The notes under the pieces: generated by a model
The model's input: the letters and a program-made list of their open reading frames with translations, nothing else
What the model was told of the DNA's origin: nothing
Database searches by the model: none
Translations under genes and position numbers: made by a program
Shown: positions 1-10,123 of the stretch, one piece after another
Layout of the letters: every line of letters begins with the position of its first letter
Numbering within the stretch: position 1 is the stretch's first letter
Source: Candidatus Omnitrophota bacterium
Lineage (GTDB): Bacteria > Omnitrophota > Gorgyraeia > Zapsychrales > Fredricksoniimonadaceae
Direction of reading: 5' to 3'
DNA: 64,000 nt
Assembly (NCBI GenBank): GCA_903908245.1
Contig: CAIVRE010000022.1
Span: forward strand, 864-64,863

Positions 1-2
1 CA

Positions 3-695
3 AAAACGGCGTGTTTGAAGTCGGGCCAAATTGTTTCAGACCATTTTGCTGATGTCAGCAAAATGGTTGATCTTGGGTCGGGTAGCCAGCGGCCTGTTGA
101 AGACATGAAGCTTACCCGGTATGCGTGTTATTTGATCGCGCAGAACGGTGATCCCCGCAAAGAACAGATTGCCTTTGCTCAAAGTTATTTTGCTATTCAG
201 ACGCGCAAGCAAGAGTTGCTGGAGGAGCGTATTGCGCTGGTAGAGCGCTTGCAAGCTCGTCAGAAATTGGCTGATACAGAGTCTAAGTTGTCAGGTATTG
301 TTTATGAACGTGGTGTTGATGGAGAGGGTTTTGCGCGGTTACGCAGTAAAGGCGATCAGGCGCTCTTTGGCGGTAATTCGACGCTGGATATGAAGAATAA
401 AATGGGGGTTCCTGTTAAGAAACCCTTGGCGGACTTTTTGCCTACGATAACGATCAAAGCGAAGGATCTGGCGGCTGAGATCACAGGCTTTAATACTAAG
501 AAAAATAATTTGCAAGGTGAACCATCTATTACGGGGGAGCACGTTAAAAATAATAGGGAAGTTCGGGAATTACTTGGAAAAAGCGGGATCAAACCGGAAT
601 TGTTGCCTCCTGAGGAAGATGTTAAAAAGCTGGCTCGTCGGCTTAATTCTGAAGGAAAAAAGATCGCAAAAGGTACAAAGAGAGTGAGGGGATAG
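3..695 (+). CDS. DinD/RhuM-family DNA-damage-inducible protein (5' partial, frame open to window edge)
   Basis: Reading frame open from nt 3. The core block LTRYACYLIAQNGDPRKEQIAFAQSYFAIQTRKQE matches the conserved DinD/RhuM signature as I recall it. Lys-rich C-terminal tail. Confidence 0.6.
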   Translation, partial: KTACLKSGQIVSDHFADVSKMVDLGSGSQRPVEDMKLTRYACYLIAQNGDPRKEQIAFAQSYFAIQTRKQELLEERIALVERLQARQKLADTESKLSGIVYERGVDGEGFARLRSKGDQALFGGNSTLDMKNKMGVPVKKPLADFLPTITIKAKDLAAEITGFNTKKNNLQGEPSITGEHVKNNREVRELLGKSGIKPELLPPEEDVKKLARRLNSEGKKIAKGTKRVRG

Positions 696-806
696 CAGTA
701 CCATTTCGTGGATATGTACGACATTGTTAATCTGGCGACATAACGCTGTCGTTTATGGGTGTTATAGTCTTTGAGGTAGCCGGAAGGACTAATGAGGGAG
801 AATTGA

Positions 807-959
807 ATGGAAGGCCCGCTTGATGAATTCGTTGAATTTGACGCGATTGTCGGCGCGGATGTGGTTAAGTGTCCGGATTGCGGTGCAACAGTTGGTAAGA
901 GTTTACTATTTGATAATGAGATCAAGTGTCCGGATTGCGGCGAGTTGATCAAAGACTAA
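807..959 (+). CDS. 50-aa double zinc-knuckle (zinc-ribbon) micro-protein, below the ORF-track cutoff
   Basis: Translation: ATG..TAA giving MEGPLDEFVEFDAIVGADVVKCPDCGATVGKSLLFDNEIKCPDCGELIKD. It carries two KCPDCG knuckles 22 aa apart. Strong SD (GAGGGAG) 6 nt upstream. It sits between the dinD-like gene and addB on the same strand. Confidence 0.55.
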   Translation: MEGPLDEFVEFDAIVGADVVKCPDCGATVGKSLLFDNEIKCPDCGELIKD

Positions 960-981
960 AAATATTGGAAAGTAGTATTTG

Positions 982-3900
982 ATGGCCCAAAGAACATCCC
1001 AAAACAATCTTATCGCACAGCTGACCGTCGTCGTTAGTCAGTATCCCCGTGTTGAAAAGGTTCTCATTTCCTCCGACAGGTCGACCGGTAACCACATCCT
1101 CCAGAATCTTGCCAGGACAGGAACGCCCTGGATAAATTTTAATGTGAAGACAGTGGCCTCACTGGCACAGGAACTCGTTGAAGGGCGTTTCATTGCCGGG
1201 GGTTTTCAGCCTCTTTCGTCTTTAGGTTCTCAGGCGGTACTTGATAGTGTCTTTAATGCGCTGGCTGACGCGGGTGAACTGAAATACTTTGAGAAGCACC
1301 CGGTAAATAAAGGCATTGTTGAAGCGTTGTTGAGGACCGTAAGTGAATTGCGCTTAAACGGGATAACGTCAGGCGACCTTAAAAAGGGATGTTTTATTCA
1401 TCCTCGTAAAGCAGCTGATATGCAGCTCATATTGGCGGAGTATGAAAAGACGCTTGAAGAGCAAAAGCTCATTGATAATGCCCGGCTTATGCTGATGGCG
1501 ATTGAGCAGTTAAAGCAGGGCGGTGTGCCGACGGGGCGCAAGTATTTTATATTATCGCGTCACTATCTGTGCGGTATTGAGCGAGCGTTCCTTGAAACGC
1601 TATGCGGGAAAGACCTGATCGTTATTGAAGAGGATCCGGCCACTGGCTTGCCGGTTCCATCAGACACATGGTTTGCTGAAGAAGTTTCTAAGCCGTTGGT
1701 GTGTGGTTCTGACATTGAACGGCTCAGGTGGTTGTTTCAAAGTGAAGCAGCACCGAAAGCTTTTAAAGACGGGACCATTGAATTATTTAGCGCTATAGGG
1801 TACAGGAATGAGGTTCGTGAAGTTCTTGGGCGTATCAGTGCTGAAAAGGTGCCGGTTGATGATGTTGAGGTGATCTACACGGACCCTGAAAGTTATAGTG
1901 AGATCATTTATTCTCTTTGCGAGAAGCTGAAGATCCCGGCGACGTTTGCTGATGGACAAAGTATCTTTATGACAGCCGCCGGTCGGACCTTTATGGGATT
2001 TTTGTTGTGGGTGAAAGAGGATTTTAGTGAGATCCATTTAAGGCATATCCTTGAATCATCAGGATTGGTAGATGTCCCAGGATCGACAACACTCGCCTTT
2101 CTTTTGCGGACAGCGGGGATCGGCTGGGGCAGGGATAGGTATGCTACAGTTCTAAATGGACAGATCTTGAAGAGTCAGCAGGAGGCCGCCGATCTTCGTA
2201 AAGAAGGCGAAATTATTGACGCCGAGCGTAAGGATGCAAAGGCCGGAAATCTTGCTGCGCTTAAGGCTGTATGTGAAGACTTGATCAAACTTGTTCCGCC
2301 TAAAGAAAAAGACGGCAGGATCGATTTCACAAAGTTCTGTGAGGGTTGTTTTACCTTCCTTGATAAGCACATGAAGAAGACGGACGATAATGACGCGGCT
2401 TTTGCGGGAATGGCATCGGATCGTCTTAAGATGTTGAGCGCTCTTATTAAAGGCCCCATGGTATTTGATGAGGCCGTGGAAAAGATATCTAATGCTATTT
2501 GCGGCATACGCGTGGGCGCTTCCGGGCCCAAGCCAGGGCATTTGCATGTGTCACAGTATCGAAAGGGCGGACGGTCAGGCCGTAATAGGACATTCATTGT
2601 GGGGCTTGATGAAGGTAAATTCCCAGCTAAGTCTGCGCAGGATCCTGTTCTCCTTGATGAAGAAAGAGCGAAGATCTCGAAAGGTCTGGAGCTTTCAACG
2701 GACAGGATGAGTAAGAATATTTATGACATGGCCTCCCTTATTGCCGGCTTACGCGGCAAGGTGACATTTAGCTATTCTGCCTACGATATCAAAGATGATC
2801 GGAAGGCTTTTCCGGCAGCCATTCTGTTGCAGGTTTTTCGTATCAGACAAGGGGATCCCGGTGCTGATTATGACGCTATGCTCAGCGCGATCGGTGAGCC
2901 GGCGGGTTTTGATCAGAGTTATGCCGGCAAGACGATCCTGGATGAAACAGACTGGTGGCTCGCACGCTTGATCGAAGACGGAGTTCTTAAAGATGCGCTG
3001 GGCGCGGTGCAGGAAACGCATGAGGGAATAGAGCCGGGTTTGCATGCGCGGACGATGAGGGCGGGTATTGCCCTGACGGCATATGACGGAAAGATAACTC
3101 CGCATGGCAGTGACCTTGACCCGCGTGAAAATACCGATCGGGTGATGTCTTGTTCAAGGTTGGAATCTGCTGCTAAATGCCCGTTTGCATACTTTGTAGA
3201 GAATGTGCTTCGAGTCAGGAAGCCAGATGAGGTTGAAAAGGACGAAGGGGCCTGGCTTGATGCCGCTGAGCGTGGAAAGTTGCTTCATGAAGTCTTTCAA
3301 ATTTTTATTAATAAGAGGACTGGCTCGAAGGCAACGGTTTCTGCATTAGATGAAGCGAAGGATATTGAGAAAATACTGAACGAGACAATAGTTAAATATA
3401 AGACGCTTGTACCTCCGCCCGGAGAGATCGTCTTCCAGAATGAATGCGTTCAACTTAAAAGAGATGTGGGCGTATTTCTTCACATCAACAGAGAACTCGG
3501 AACTGAACCGGTTGGTGCTGAGATGGCATTCGGGTTTAAGAAGGACGATGCTGTTAAGATCCCGCTTGGGAATGGCAAACATATTTCTCTCAGGGGGTCG
3601 ATTGACCGTGTTGATAAGGCAGGTACTTCGGAATACCGCGTATGGGATTACAAGACGGGCGGGACTTACTCATATAAAGATAAAGGATTTATCGCAGGCG
3701 GTACGCAGATACAGCATGCTTTGTATGCCATTGCGGCAGAAGAGATCCTTAAGCAAAGTGGTCAGGATAAGAATGCCAAAGTAATTTCCGCAGGATATTT
3801 GTTTCCAACGGAAAAAGGCACGAAAGACGGGCAGGGAGGGATATTCTCCCGCTCGACTAACAATAAGGATTTGTGGCAGTCGCCTTTGAATAAACTTTTG

Positions 3901-4071
3901 GACTTAATCGCGACAGGGACATTTGTTGTGAACAATAAAGACGTGTGTATCTTTTGTGATTATAAGGATATTTGCGGAGGCGCGACGGCGCGTGATTCCA
4001 TGGATGCGAAGATGGAGAATATTGAGAACAAAGCGCTGGAAGACTGGAAGCTGCTTAAGGAATATGACTAA
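982..4071 (+). CDS. addB: AddB/RexB-like helicase-nuclease subunit (inactive helicase-like N-terminus, PD-(D/E)XK nuclease with Fe-S cluster)
   Basis: 1029 aa. C-terminal nuclease motifs DRVDK...VWDYKTGG. Cys pattern C(~735)...CIFCDYKDIC (C-x2-C-x5-C at the C-terminus) typical of the AddB Fe-S staple. No intact Walker A at the N-terminus. Stop/start junction with the downstream UvrD-type gene. ATG at 982 preferred over TTG at 979. Confidence 0.75.
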   Translation: MAQRTSQNNLIAQLTVVVSQYPRVEKVLISSDRSTGNHILQNLARTGTPWINFNVKTVASLAQELVEGRFIAGGFQPLSSLGSQAVLDSVFNALADAGELKYFEKHPVNKGIVEALLRTVSELRLNGITSGDLKKGCFIHPRKAADMQLILAEYEKTLEEQKLIDNARLMLMAIEQLKQGGVPTGRKYFILSRHYLCGIERAFLETLCGKDLIVIEEDPATGLPVPSDTWFAEEVSKPLVCGSDIERLRWLFQSEAAPKAFKDGTIELFSAIGYRNEVREVLGRISAEKVPVDDVEVIYTDPESYSEIIYSLCEKLKIPATFADGQSIFMTAAGRTFMGFLLWVKEDFSEIHLRHILESSGLVDVPGSTTLAFLLRTAGIGWGRDRYATVLNGQILKSQQEAADLRKEGEIIDAERKDAKAGNLAALKAVCEDLIKLVPPKEKDGRIDFTKFCEGCFTFLDKHMKKTDDNDAAFAGMASDRLKMLSALIKGPMVFDEAVEKISNAICGIRVGASGPKPGHLHVSQYRKGGRSGRNRTFIVGLDEGKFPAKSAQDPVLLDEERAKISKGLELSTDRMSKNIYDMASLIAGLRGKVTFSYSAYDIKDDRKAFPAAILLQVFRIRQGDPGADYDAMLSAIGEPAGFDQSYAGKTILDETDWWLARLIEDGVLKDALGAVQETHEGIEPGLHARTMRAGIALTAYDGKITPHGSDLDPRENTDRVMSCSRLESAAKCPFAYFVENVLRVRKPDEVEKDEGAWLDAAERGKLLHEVFQIFINKRTGSKATVSALDEAKDIEKILNETIVKYKTLVPPPGEIVFQNECVQLKRDVGVFLHINRELGTEPVGAEMAFGFKKDDAVKIPLGNGKHISLRGSIDRVDKAGTSEYRVWDYKTGGTYSYKDKGFIAGGTQIQHALYAIAAEEILKQSGQDKNAKVISAGYLFPTEKGTKDGQGGIFSRSTNNKDLWQSPLNKLLDLIATGTFVVNNKDVCIFCDYKDICGGATARDSMDAKMENIENKALEDWKLLKEYD

Positions 4072-7000
4072 TGAGTAAACAATTGTATCCCGACCAGAAT
4101 GTAAGAGATAGGATCGCCTCAGAGTTCGACAGGAGTTTCTTTGTCGAGGCTGGCGCAGGTTCGGGTAAAACGCATAGTCTTGTGGATAGGATGGCGGGGC
4201 TTATACGTTATGGCCATGCCGGGATCGAGAATATTGCGGCAGTTACTTTTACCAGAAAGGCTGCGGCAGAGCTCAGAGAGAGGTTTCAGATCCGGCTTGA
4301 GAAGATCGTTCACGATAATACTGTACCTCAAGTAGAGAAGGACCGTGTCAGCAAAGCCCTGGCCAGCTTCGAGCAATCCTCTATAAGCACGATCCATTCA
4401 TTTTGTTCCCGGCTTTTACGCGAGCGGCCTGTTGAAGCGGGGATCGATCCTGGGTTTGAGGAGATCGAAGAGGCTGATGATGCCATATTCGCCGGCATCG
4501 TATGGGCCGAATATATTGAGAAACAGGGTTTCGCCAATAGTGCGGCGATAGGCTGGATGCAGGAAAATGGCATGTCGGCGCAGGCTCTTGTTGATATATA
4601 TCAAACGCTCGTCCAGTACCCGGATGTTGAGGTTTATAGAGAAGATGTCAGACGGCCGGATTTCACGGAAACCAGGAAATCAGTTAAAGCTCTGATTTTG
4701 GATTTGAAGGATAAGATCCCGGCGGATGAGCCGGATAAGGGCTGGGATGCTCTTCAGAAAATCGTCAGGAGATCGCTTAAGCTTTTTAGTATTGGATACC
4801 TTGAAGAGGACAGGCTTTTTGTTGTGTTGTTAAGAATGCTCAACAAGACAGCCGGAGTAACTCAGAACAGGTGGCCGGATAAACAGCTGGCTAAAGCTTA
4901 TGCTGAGGATTTTGTTAAATTTCAGAATGATGTCATAGCTCCAGCTATCCGGCAATGGTCCGAATATCTTCATAAGCCTCTTATTGAATTTGCGCTTGGT
5001 GGAGCTGCTTATTATGACCAGTGGAGAAGAGAGCGATCGACGCTGAATTTCCAGGACTTGCTCATGAGAACAGCAGATCTTCTGAGGAAGAATGAAGAAG
5101 TTCGTGCGTATTTTAAAGGCCGCATTAAATATTTGCTGGTCGACGAGTTTCAGGATACTGATCCAATACAAGCCCAGATCACTATGCTCCTGACGGGTGC
5201 TGATAATAAGGAAGCTGATTGGCGCAAGATAAAACCAAAGCCCGGCGCGCTTTTTCTTGTAGGCGACCCGAAACAGAGTATTTACAGGTTCCGTCGGGCA
5301 GATATTGATATTTATAATCAGGTTAAAGGGATATTTGGTCAAGGCGCTGGAGATATTGTTGCACTCACATCAAATTTCAGGTCTCTTGATCCTATCCGCG
5401 ATATTACCAACGACGTGTTCAAAGGCGCCTTCCCGGAGAAAGACTCCAAACATCAGGCTAAATTCGCTCCGCTGGATACGGTAAGGGGTGCTTCGGACGC
5501 CTACATGAATGGTATTTTTGTGAACGTGATCGGTAAGATCCGCAACAATCCTGCTGAGCTTATCGCTGTAGAAGACGCTGGTAAAATCGCCAATTGGATC
5601 CACTGGGCTGTTAACGGCGGGCTTAAACTTGAAAGAAAAGATCAGGCCGAAACGGATGATGCGAAGCCCGGTGATTTTATGATCATCGCTAAAGGCAAGA
5701 AACGACTTACCATCTATGCCAAGGCGCTTGAGGCTCTCGGCGTACCATACGAACTTTCTGGCGGGGAGAATTTTAGCAGTTCAGAAGAATTATATGAGAT
5801 CTATAAGATACTGAAAGCGGCCGCTGACCCCAGGGACCCTGTTGCGACGGTGGCGGCGCTTAGGGGGATGTTTATTGGCGCGAGCGATAATGATCTGTAT
5901 GAGTTTGCCAGAGAGGGTGGAAAGTTCGTCTATTTTCTGGAAGCGGATAAAGGGCCGGAGATAATTAAGACGGCTTTAAAGCGCCTGCGAAAATACAATA
6001 AGATGGCTGAACAGTATTCTCCTGTAACCGCTATTGAAATGATCATCGAGGATCTTGGGACCATACCACTGGCCATGTCGCAGGAGATGGGATCGAGCCG
6101 GGCGGGAAATATTTTCAAAGTGATCGAACTTTTTAGGGGGGCTAAGCCTAATAGCACATGTAGCTTTATTGAGCTTGTTGAGTATCTGCTGGATCTGAGG
6201 GAAAAGGCTAAGATTGAAGAGATGAGCCTGTTCCCGGCGACTTCTAAAGCGGTCAGGATCATGAATCTTCATAAGGCGAAAGGGCTGGAGGCACCGGTTG
6301 TTATTCTGGCTGATCCGGGGCCGAAGAAGGCTGGCTATGAGCCCGAGCGTCACATCGCACGAACGGGAGAGAAGTCAGTGGGGTGTTTCACGATCAGCCG
6401 TCCGGCGGGTGAGTTCCAGAATGAGATCGTTGCTTTGCCACGAAATTGGGAACAATATGCAGACGAAGAAAAGCTTTATGAGGATGCAGAAAAGGTCAGG
6501 CTCGATTATGTGGCCGTCACGCGGGCCAAGAATGTCTTGGTGGTTAGTACATATCATGATGGTGACCGGAGCAAGCCGTGGGAAGCGCTATACGGTTATT
6601 TAAAACAGATGCCGGCGCTTCCGCTGCCTGCTGCTGTTGACGCACAGAAACGAAAAGTCTTTACGATCGCGAAGACTCAATGGAAGGCTGAACAGGAGAA
6701 GATTGTCGCGTGTATTGAACAAATGACAATGGTCTCTTATCAGGCGATCAGCGCGACAGATATGGTCGAGAAGGCTGATGCCTTTGCCGGCGAGTCAAGA
6801 GGGCACGGCGCTGATTGGGGAACAGTTGTTCACCGCGCGCTTGAGCTGTGCGCCAAAGGACAGCGAAATGGACTGGATACTGCAGGGCCGGCATTGCTTG
6901 AAGAGAACGGTGTTCCGGCCGGAGATCTTGCTGCTCTCCTGAAAGTTGTCGATACGGCGATGAAACATGAGATCTGGCAGCGCATGGAGAAGGCAAAGGA

Positions 7001-7235
7001 GAAATATTTTGAAGTCCCGTTCTCTGGTACAGAAAAAGATGCCGTTGTCCGTGGTGTTATTGATATGATCTTTAAGGAGCAGGATGCCTGGGTTATCGTG
7101 GATTACAAGACCGACGATTTTAAAAAAGACCCCAAGCGCAAAGCGGCGTATGAAAGTCAGCTTGGAATATACGCCAAGTTTTGGGAAGAGATTGTGGGCG
7201 AGACGGTAAAGGAGAAGCTACTGCTGAGGGTGTAG
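4071..7235 (+). CDS. addA: AddA/RexA-like UvrD-family helicase with C-terminal RecB-type nuclease
   Basis: Walker A AGAGSGKTHSL. Helicase motifs LLVDEFQDTDPIQ and FLVGDPKQSIYRFRRADI. C-terminal PD-(D/E)XK motif VIDMIF...WVIVDYKTDD. Confidence 0.85.
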   Translation: MSKQLYPDQNVRDRIASEFDRSFFVEAGAGSGKTHSLVDRMAGLIRYGHAGIENIAAVTFTRKAAAELRERFQIRLEKIVHDNTVPQVEKDRVSKALASFEQSSISTIHSFCSRLLRERPVEAGIDPGFEEIEEADDAIFAGIVWAEYIEKQGFANSAAIGWMQENGMSAQALVDIYQTLVQYPDVEVYREDVRRPDFTETRKSVKALILDLKDKIPADEPDKGWDALQKIVRRSLKLFSIGYLEEDRLFVVLLRMLNKTAGVTQNRWPDKQLAKAYAEDFVKFQNDVIAPAIRQWSEYLHKPLIEFALGGAAYYDQWRRERSTLNFQDLLMRTADLLRKNEEVRAYFKGRIKYLLVDEFQDTDPIQAQITMLLTGADNKEADWRKIKPKPGALFLVGDPKQSIYRFRRADIDIYNQVKGIFGQGAGDIVALTSNFRSLDPIRDITNDVFKGAFPEKDSKHQAKFAPLDTVRGASDAYMNGIFVNVIGKIRNNPAELIAVEDAGKIANWIHWAVNGGLKLERKDQAETDDAKPGDFMIIAKGKKRLTIYAKALEALGVPYELSGGENFSSSEELYEIYKILKAAADPRDPVATVAALRGMFIGASDNDLYEFAREGGKFVYFLEADKGPEIIKTALKRLRKYNKMAEQYSPVTAIEMIIEDLGTIPLAMSQEMGSSRAGNIFKVIELFRGAKPNSTCSFIELVEYLLDLREKAKIEEMSLFPATSKAVRIMNLHKAKGLEAPVVILADPGPKKAGYEPERHIARTGEKSVGCFTISRPAGEFQNEIVALPRNWEQYADEEKLYEDAEKVRLDYVAVTRAKNVLVVSTYHDGDRSKPWEALYGYLKQMPALPLPAAVDAQKRKVFTIAKTQWKAEQEKIVACIEQMTMVSYQAISATDMVEKADAFAGESRGHGADWGTVVHRALELCAKGQRNGLDTAGPALLEENGVPAGDLAALLKVVDTAMKHEIWQRMEKAKEKYFEVPFSGTEKDAVVRGVIDMIFKEQDAWVIVDYKTDDFKKDPKRKAAYESQLGIYAKFWEEIVGETVKEKLLLRV

Positions 7236-7371
7236 TTTATATAATGAAGATTCAAAGTTAATTATTGCAGGAAGATTGAAGTCGTGGTTTAATAATGATG
7301 TTCCACATAGTGGCGGGAAAGCCGTCGCTGTGGGTGCCGAGATGTACCCTGCGCCAAAGCGGGGATACGGA

Positions 7372-7427
7372 GCCTAAATTCGACAGATTGCTTACAAAGC
7401 TATCTGTTGGGTTTAGGCTTTTTTATT
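7372..7427 (+). terminator. Rho-independent terminator after addA
   Basis: A long imperfect hairpin gcctaaattcgacagat...atctgttgggtttaggc followed by TTTTTTATT. Confidence 0.7.
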
Positions 7428-7455
7428 GGGATGTTAATCATGATGGGGGTGAGAT

Positions 7456-8169
7456 ATGGATCTAAATGACAACGGTTTGGGAGAAAGCGAGCCACTGGTC
7501 AGTGCTGTTCAGTTTTTTGACGATGCTTATTCAACAAGGAAAATTTTATCTCAAGAAGATCGTCTTGAGGTGGTCGATGGAATGCGGCTGGCGGGTCATA
7601 GCATTGCGGAGATTGCCGATGCGACTGGGGTGTCAGAAAAGACAGTTAAGCGCGATATCGAGGAAATAAAGAAAAGAAATGCTTTGAAACTCAACCCGGC
7701 ATTTGCGACTGAAATGGTTGGGGAGCTTATTCGGAAGGCAGGTCAACACTGGCAATCATTAAAATCGATGGCTCGTGATCAGTCGGGCAAGACTAATGAA
7801 AGAATTTTGGCAGAAAAACTGGCTTGGGATGTCGAGTTGAATCTTTGTCGAGAACTGCGTGAAATGGGATATTTGCCTTCTGCGCCCAAGACAGTTATGG
7901 GGCAGATATCGCATCAGGTAAATGTTAGCGCGGATAATACCTGGGAAGAGATTTTTCAGCAGTTCCAGCAGTTGAAGGAGTTGGCTGTTGATCATAATGG
8001 TGTGGTAAATGTTGAAATTCAACAAACATTGGAATTGCTGGGACCGGAGATTCAGGACGGGATCGCCCGGCAAAAAGCGCAAGAAACGTTAAGCGCATCG
8101 TATCAAAAGATAAAGGAGGTTCAAGATGGAAAAGAACGACGCATACCAGATGTTGGAGAAGAAACGTAA
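7456..8169 (+). CDS. phage terminase small-subunit-like HTH protein
   Basis: N-terminal sigma-r4-like HTH (GHSIAEIADATGVSEKTVKRDI). Acidic, coiled C-terminus. Overlaps by 44 nt with, and sits immediately upstream of, a terminase large-subunit gene. RBS GGGGTGAG. Confidence 0.5.
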   Translation: MDLNDNGLGESEPLVSAVQFFDDAYSTRKILSQEDRLEVVDGMRLAGHSIAEIADATGVSEKTVKRDIEEIKKRNALKLNPAFATEMVGELIRKAGQHWQSLKSMARDQSGKTNERILAEKLAWDVELNLCRELREMGYLPSAPKTVMGQISHQVNVSADNTWEEIFQQFQQLKELAVDHNGVVNVEIQQTLELLGPEIQDGIARQKAQETLSASYQKIKEVQDGKERRIPDVGEET

Positions 8170-9982
8170 AAAAGCGGCTCTTTCAAGTTTGGCCAATTTT
8201 CGTAAGGCATATTTGAATAATGCTGCGGATAGTTTCGAAGATTCGCCAGCACATTTTGAAATTATGGAATACTTGGACAATTTGTTAAAGAATCCAGGTA
8301 AGAAATTGGCATTGGCGGCACCTCGTGGTTTTGGAAAAACCGATGTTTTGACGAGTTTGATAATTTATGCTCTTTGCTTGAACAAGTATAATTATATAAT
8401 TATCCTTTCATGCACCGGGCATCAAGCCAGGGAAATGCTGAAAAATGCTAAAGCGCTAATTTTGGGTTGCCCGCTTTTGATGCGTGATTTTCCGGATTTG
8501 GCTTCAAAAGTTTTCACCTTGTCGTCTAGAAAGTTGCTTGAGGTAAATCATACGATCAAGATCGCAGCATTCGGGCTTAAGCAAGGGTTCCGTGGGACAA
8601 AACATGGGCGCAAAAGGCCGGATCTGGTGATAGTGGATGACCTTGACAGTGACAATTATTTACACAATAGAGACGTTAAGGAGAGAATGCGTGAAATTTT
8701 TAACGGCAAGGTGTTGCGGATCGGGCATGAGCGAACGAATATTATTATTACTGGAAATCTTTTTTCACGAAATACGCTGATCTGGGATGTTTTTAATGAG
8801 CCTGCTTACAGAGAATTTGACCACCTTAACTATCAGGCCATTAAGCATTTCCCTAAGAACATGGATCTTTGGGAGAAATATTTTAAGATTTTGACTTCTA
8901 CGGAGAGTTATAAAGGAAGGTCTGGTAAGGAAGTGGCAGGCGATTTTTATCAAGATAATCAGGAGGCCATGGATCACGAATTTGTATCGCTTTGGCCTAG
9001 CCGATGGAGTGCGACCGAATTGTTAACGCAGTTTTTATTAGATCCGGGCAGATTTAAGCGCGAAATGCAGAATGAACCGGCATCTGGTGCCGGGGTTTTT
9101 CCCAGAGAGGACTTAAGGTTCTGGAGGCCGTCATTTCAGTCCAGGAATGCTTTAATAGCATCATTTAGTAAGAATTATCAAGTCTGTATTGCTGTTGATC
9201 CAAGTTATGGCAATGAAGATGGGGACTTTTGCGCGATCGCTGTTGTTGCTAAAGACGGGGGCATCTACTATGTCCTGCAGGTTTTTTTGCTAAAGGTAAA
9301 AGCAAATGAGTTAATAGATAACATCTTTGCGATTGTTGAACGGGAGGGGCGCGCAGTGGTTGCTATTGAAGTTAATGGTGGACAGGAGTATTTGGCTTCA
9401 CGATTGGAGGCCGAGTCGGTAAAGCGGGGGATCCCGATTCATTTAGAAAGGATCACCCACAATAGCAAAACTTCAAAAGACGCTCGGATCAGCGGGCTAT
9501 CCTCATTGGTTAATACTGCGGCGCTATTATTTAATGACGAAGATACATTATTTATTGAACAAATGTGTGATTTTCCATTGGGTAAGCGCAAGGATGGTCC
9601 GGATGCCTTGGAAATGGCGGTAAGAACGCTGATGCCTATGAAGAACGGAGATGGCATTGCTTTTACTTTAGATGTTTTTCAACGAATGCAGAGCAGTTCT
9701 AAGAGTAACGATCCACAGGTTGATGAAACGGAGCTTCTATCGAATGGGTTAAAGGTGCTAAACACTCCAGGGGATTCAATCGACCACATAAACAAAATAT
9801 TTAGGAAGATGCATAGCCGTGACACAGGAGATAATGAGGTTGCTCCAAAACTTGCCTCTTCTGAGGTTAACTCAAATGGTGCTGCGAAAGCAGGTAGCTT
9901 GACACCAGAAAGTGTTTCTGAAGTGGTTCCTTCTGCAGGAGCAGTGTCAAATTATTGGCAAATTTATAAGACCATCCGATAA
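8126..9982 (+). CDS. phage terminase large subunit (ATPase + RNaseH-like nuclease)
   Basis: Walker A LAAPRGFGKT. Walker B LVIVDDLDSD. Nuclease-domain acidic residues (VCIAVDPSYGNEDGDFCAIAVV, DGPDALEMAV). RBS AAGGAGG 7 nt upstream of the ATG. Confidence 0.75.
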   Translation: MEKNDAYQMLEKKRKKAALSSLANFRKAYLNNAADSFEDSPAHFEIMEYLDNLLKNPGKKLALAAPRGFGKTDVLTSLIIYALCLNKYNYIIILSCTGHQAREMLKNAKALILGCPLLMRDFPDLASKVFTLSSRKLLEVNHTIKIAAFGLKQGFRGTKHGRKRPDLVIVDDLDSDNYLHNRDVKERMREIFNGKVLRIGHERTNIIITGNLFSRNTLIWDVFNEPAYREFDHLNYQAIKHFPKNMDLWEKYFKILTSTESYKGRSGKEVAGDFYQDNQEAMDHEFVSLWPSRWSATELLTQFLLDPGRFKREMQNEPASGAGVFPREDLRFWRPSFQSRNALIASFSKNYQVCIAVDPSYGNEDGDFCAIAVVAKDGGIYYVLQVFLLKVKANELIDNIFAIVEREGRAVVAIEVNGGQEYLASRLEAESVKRGIPIHLERITHNSKTSKDARISGLSSLVNTAALLFNDEDTLFIEQMCDFPLGKRKDGPDALEMAVRTLMPMKNGDGIAFTLDVFQRMQSSSKSNDPQVDETELLSNGLKVLNTPGDSIDHINKIFRKMHSRDTGDNEVAPKLASSEVNSNGAAKAGSLTPESVSEVVPSAGAVSNYWQIYKTIR

Positions 9983-10123
9983 GAAAAGGAGTGATTTTGA
10001 CTAAATGAGGGGGCTCAAGTGGTCTAGGCGGGGATGTCCCAACAAAACATACAATATTTTATAATCGCTTGTTATTAAACGACTTATAGAATTTATCCTG
10101 AATGATACTGGACAAAAGGGACA

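Noticed and set aside
356-952. 198-aa minus-strand ORF across the dinD-like gene and the zinc-ribbon ORF
   Set aside because: Ser/Thr/Pro-rich low-complexity antisense frame overlapping two better-supported plus-strand genes.
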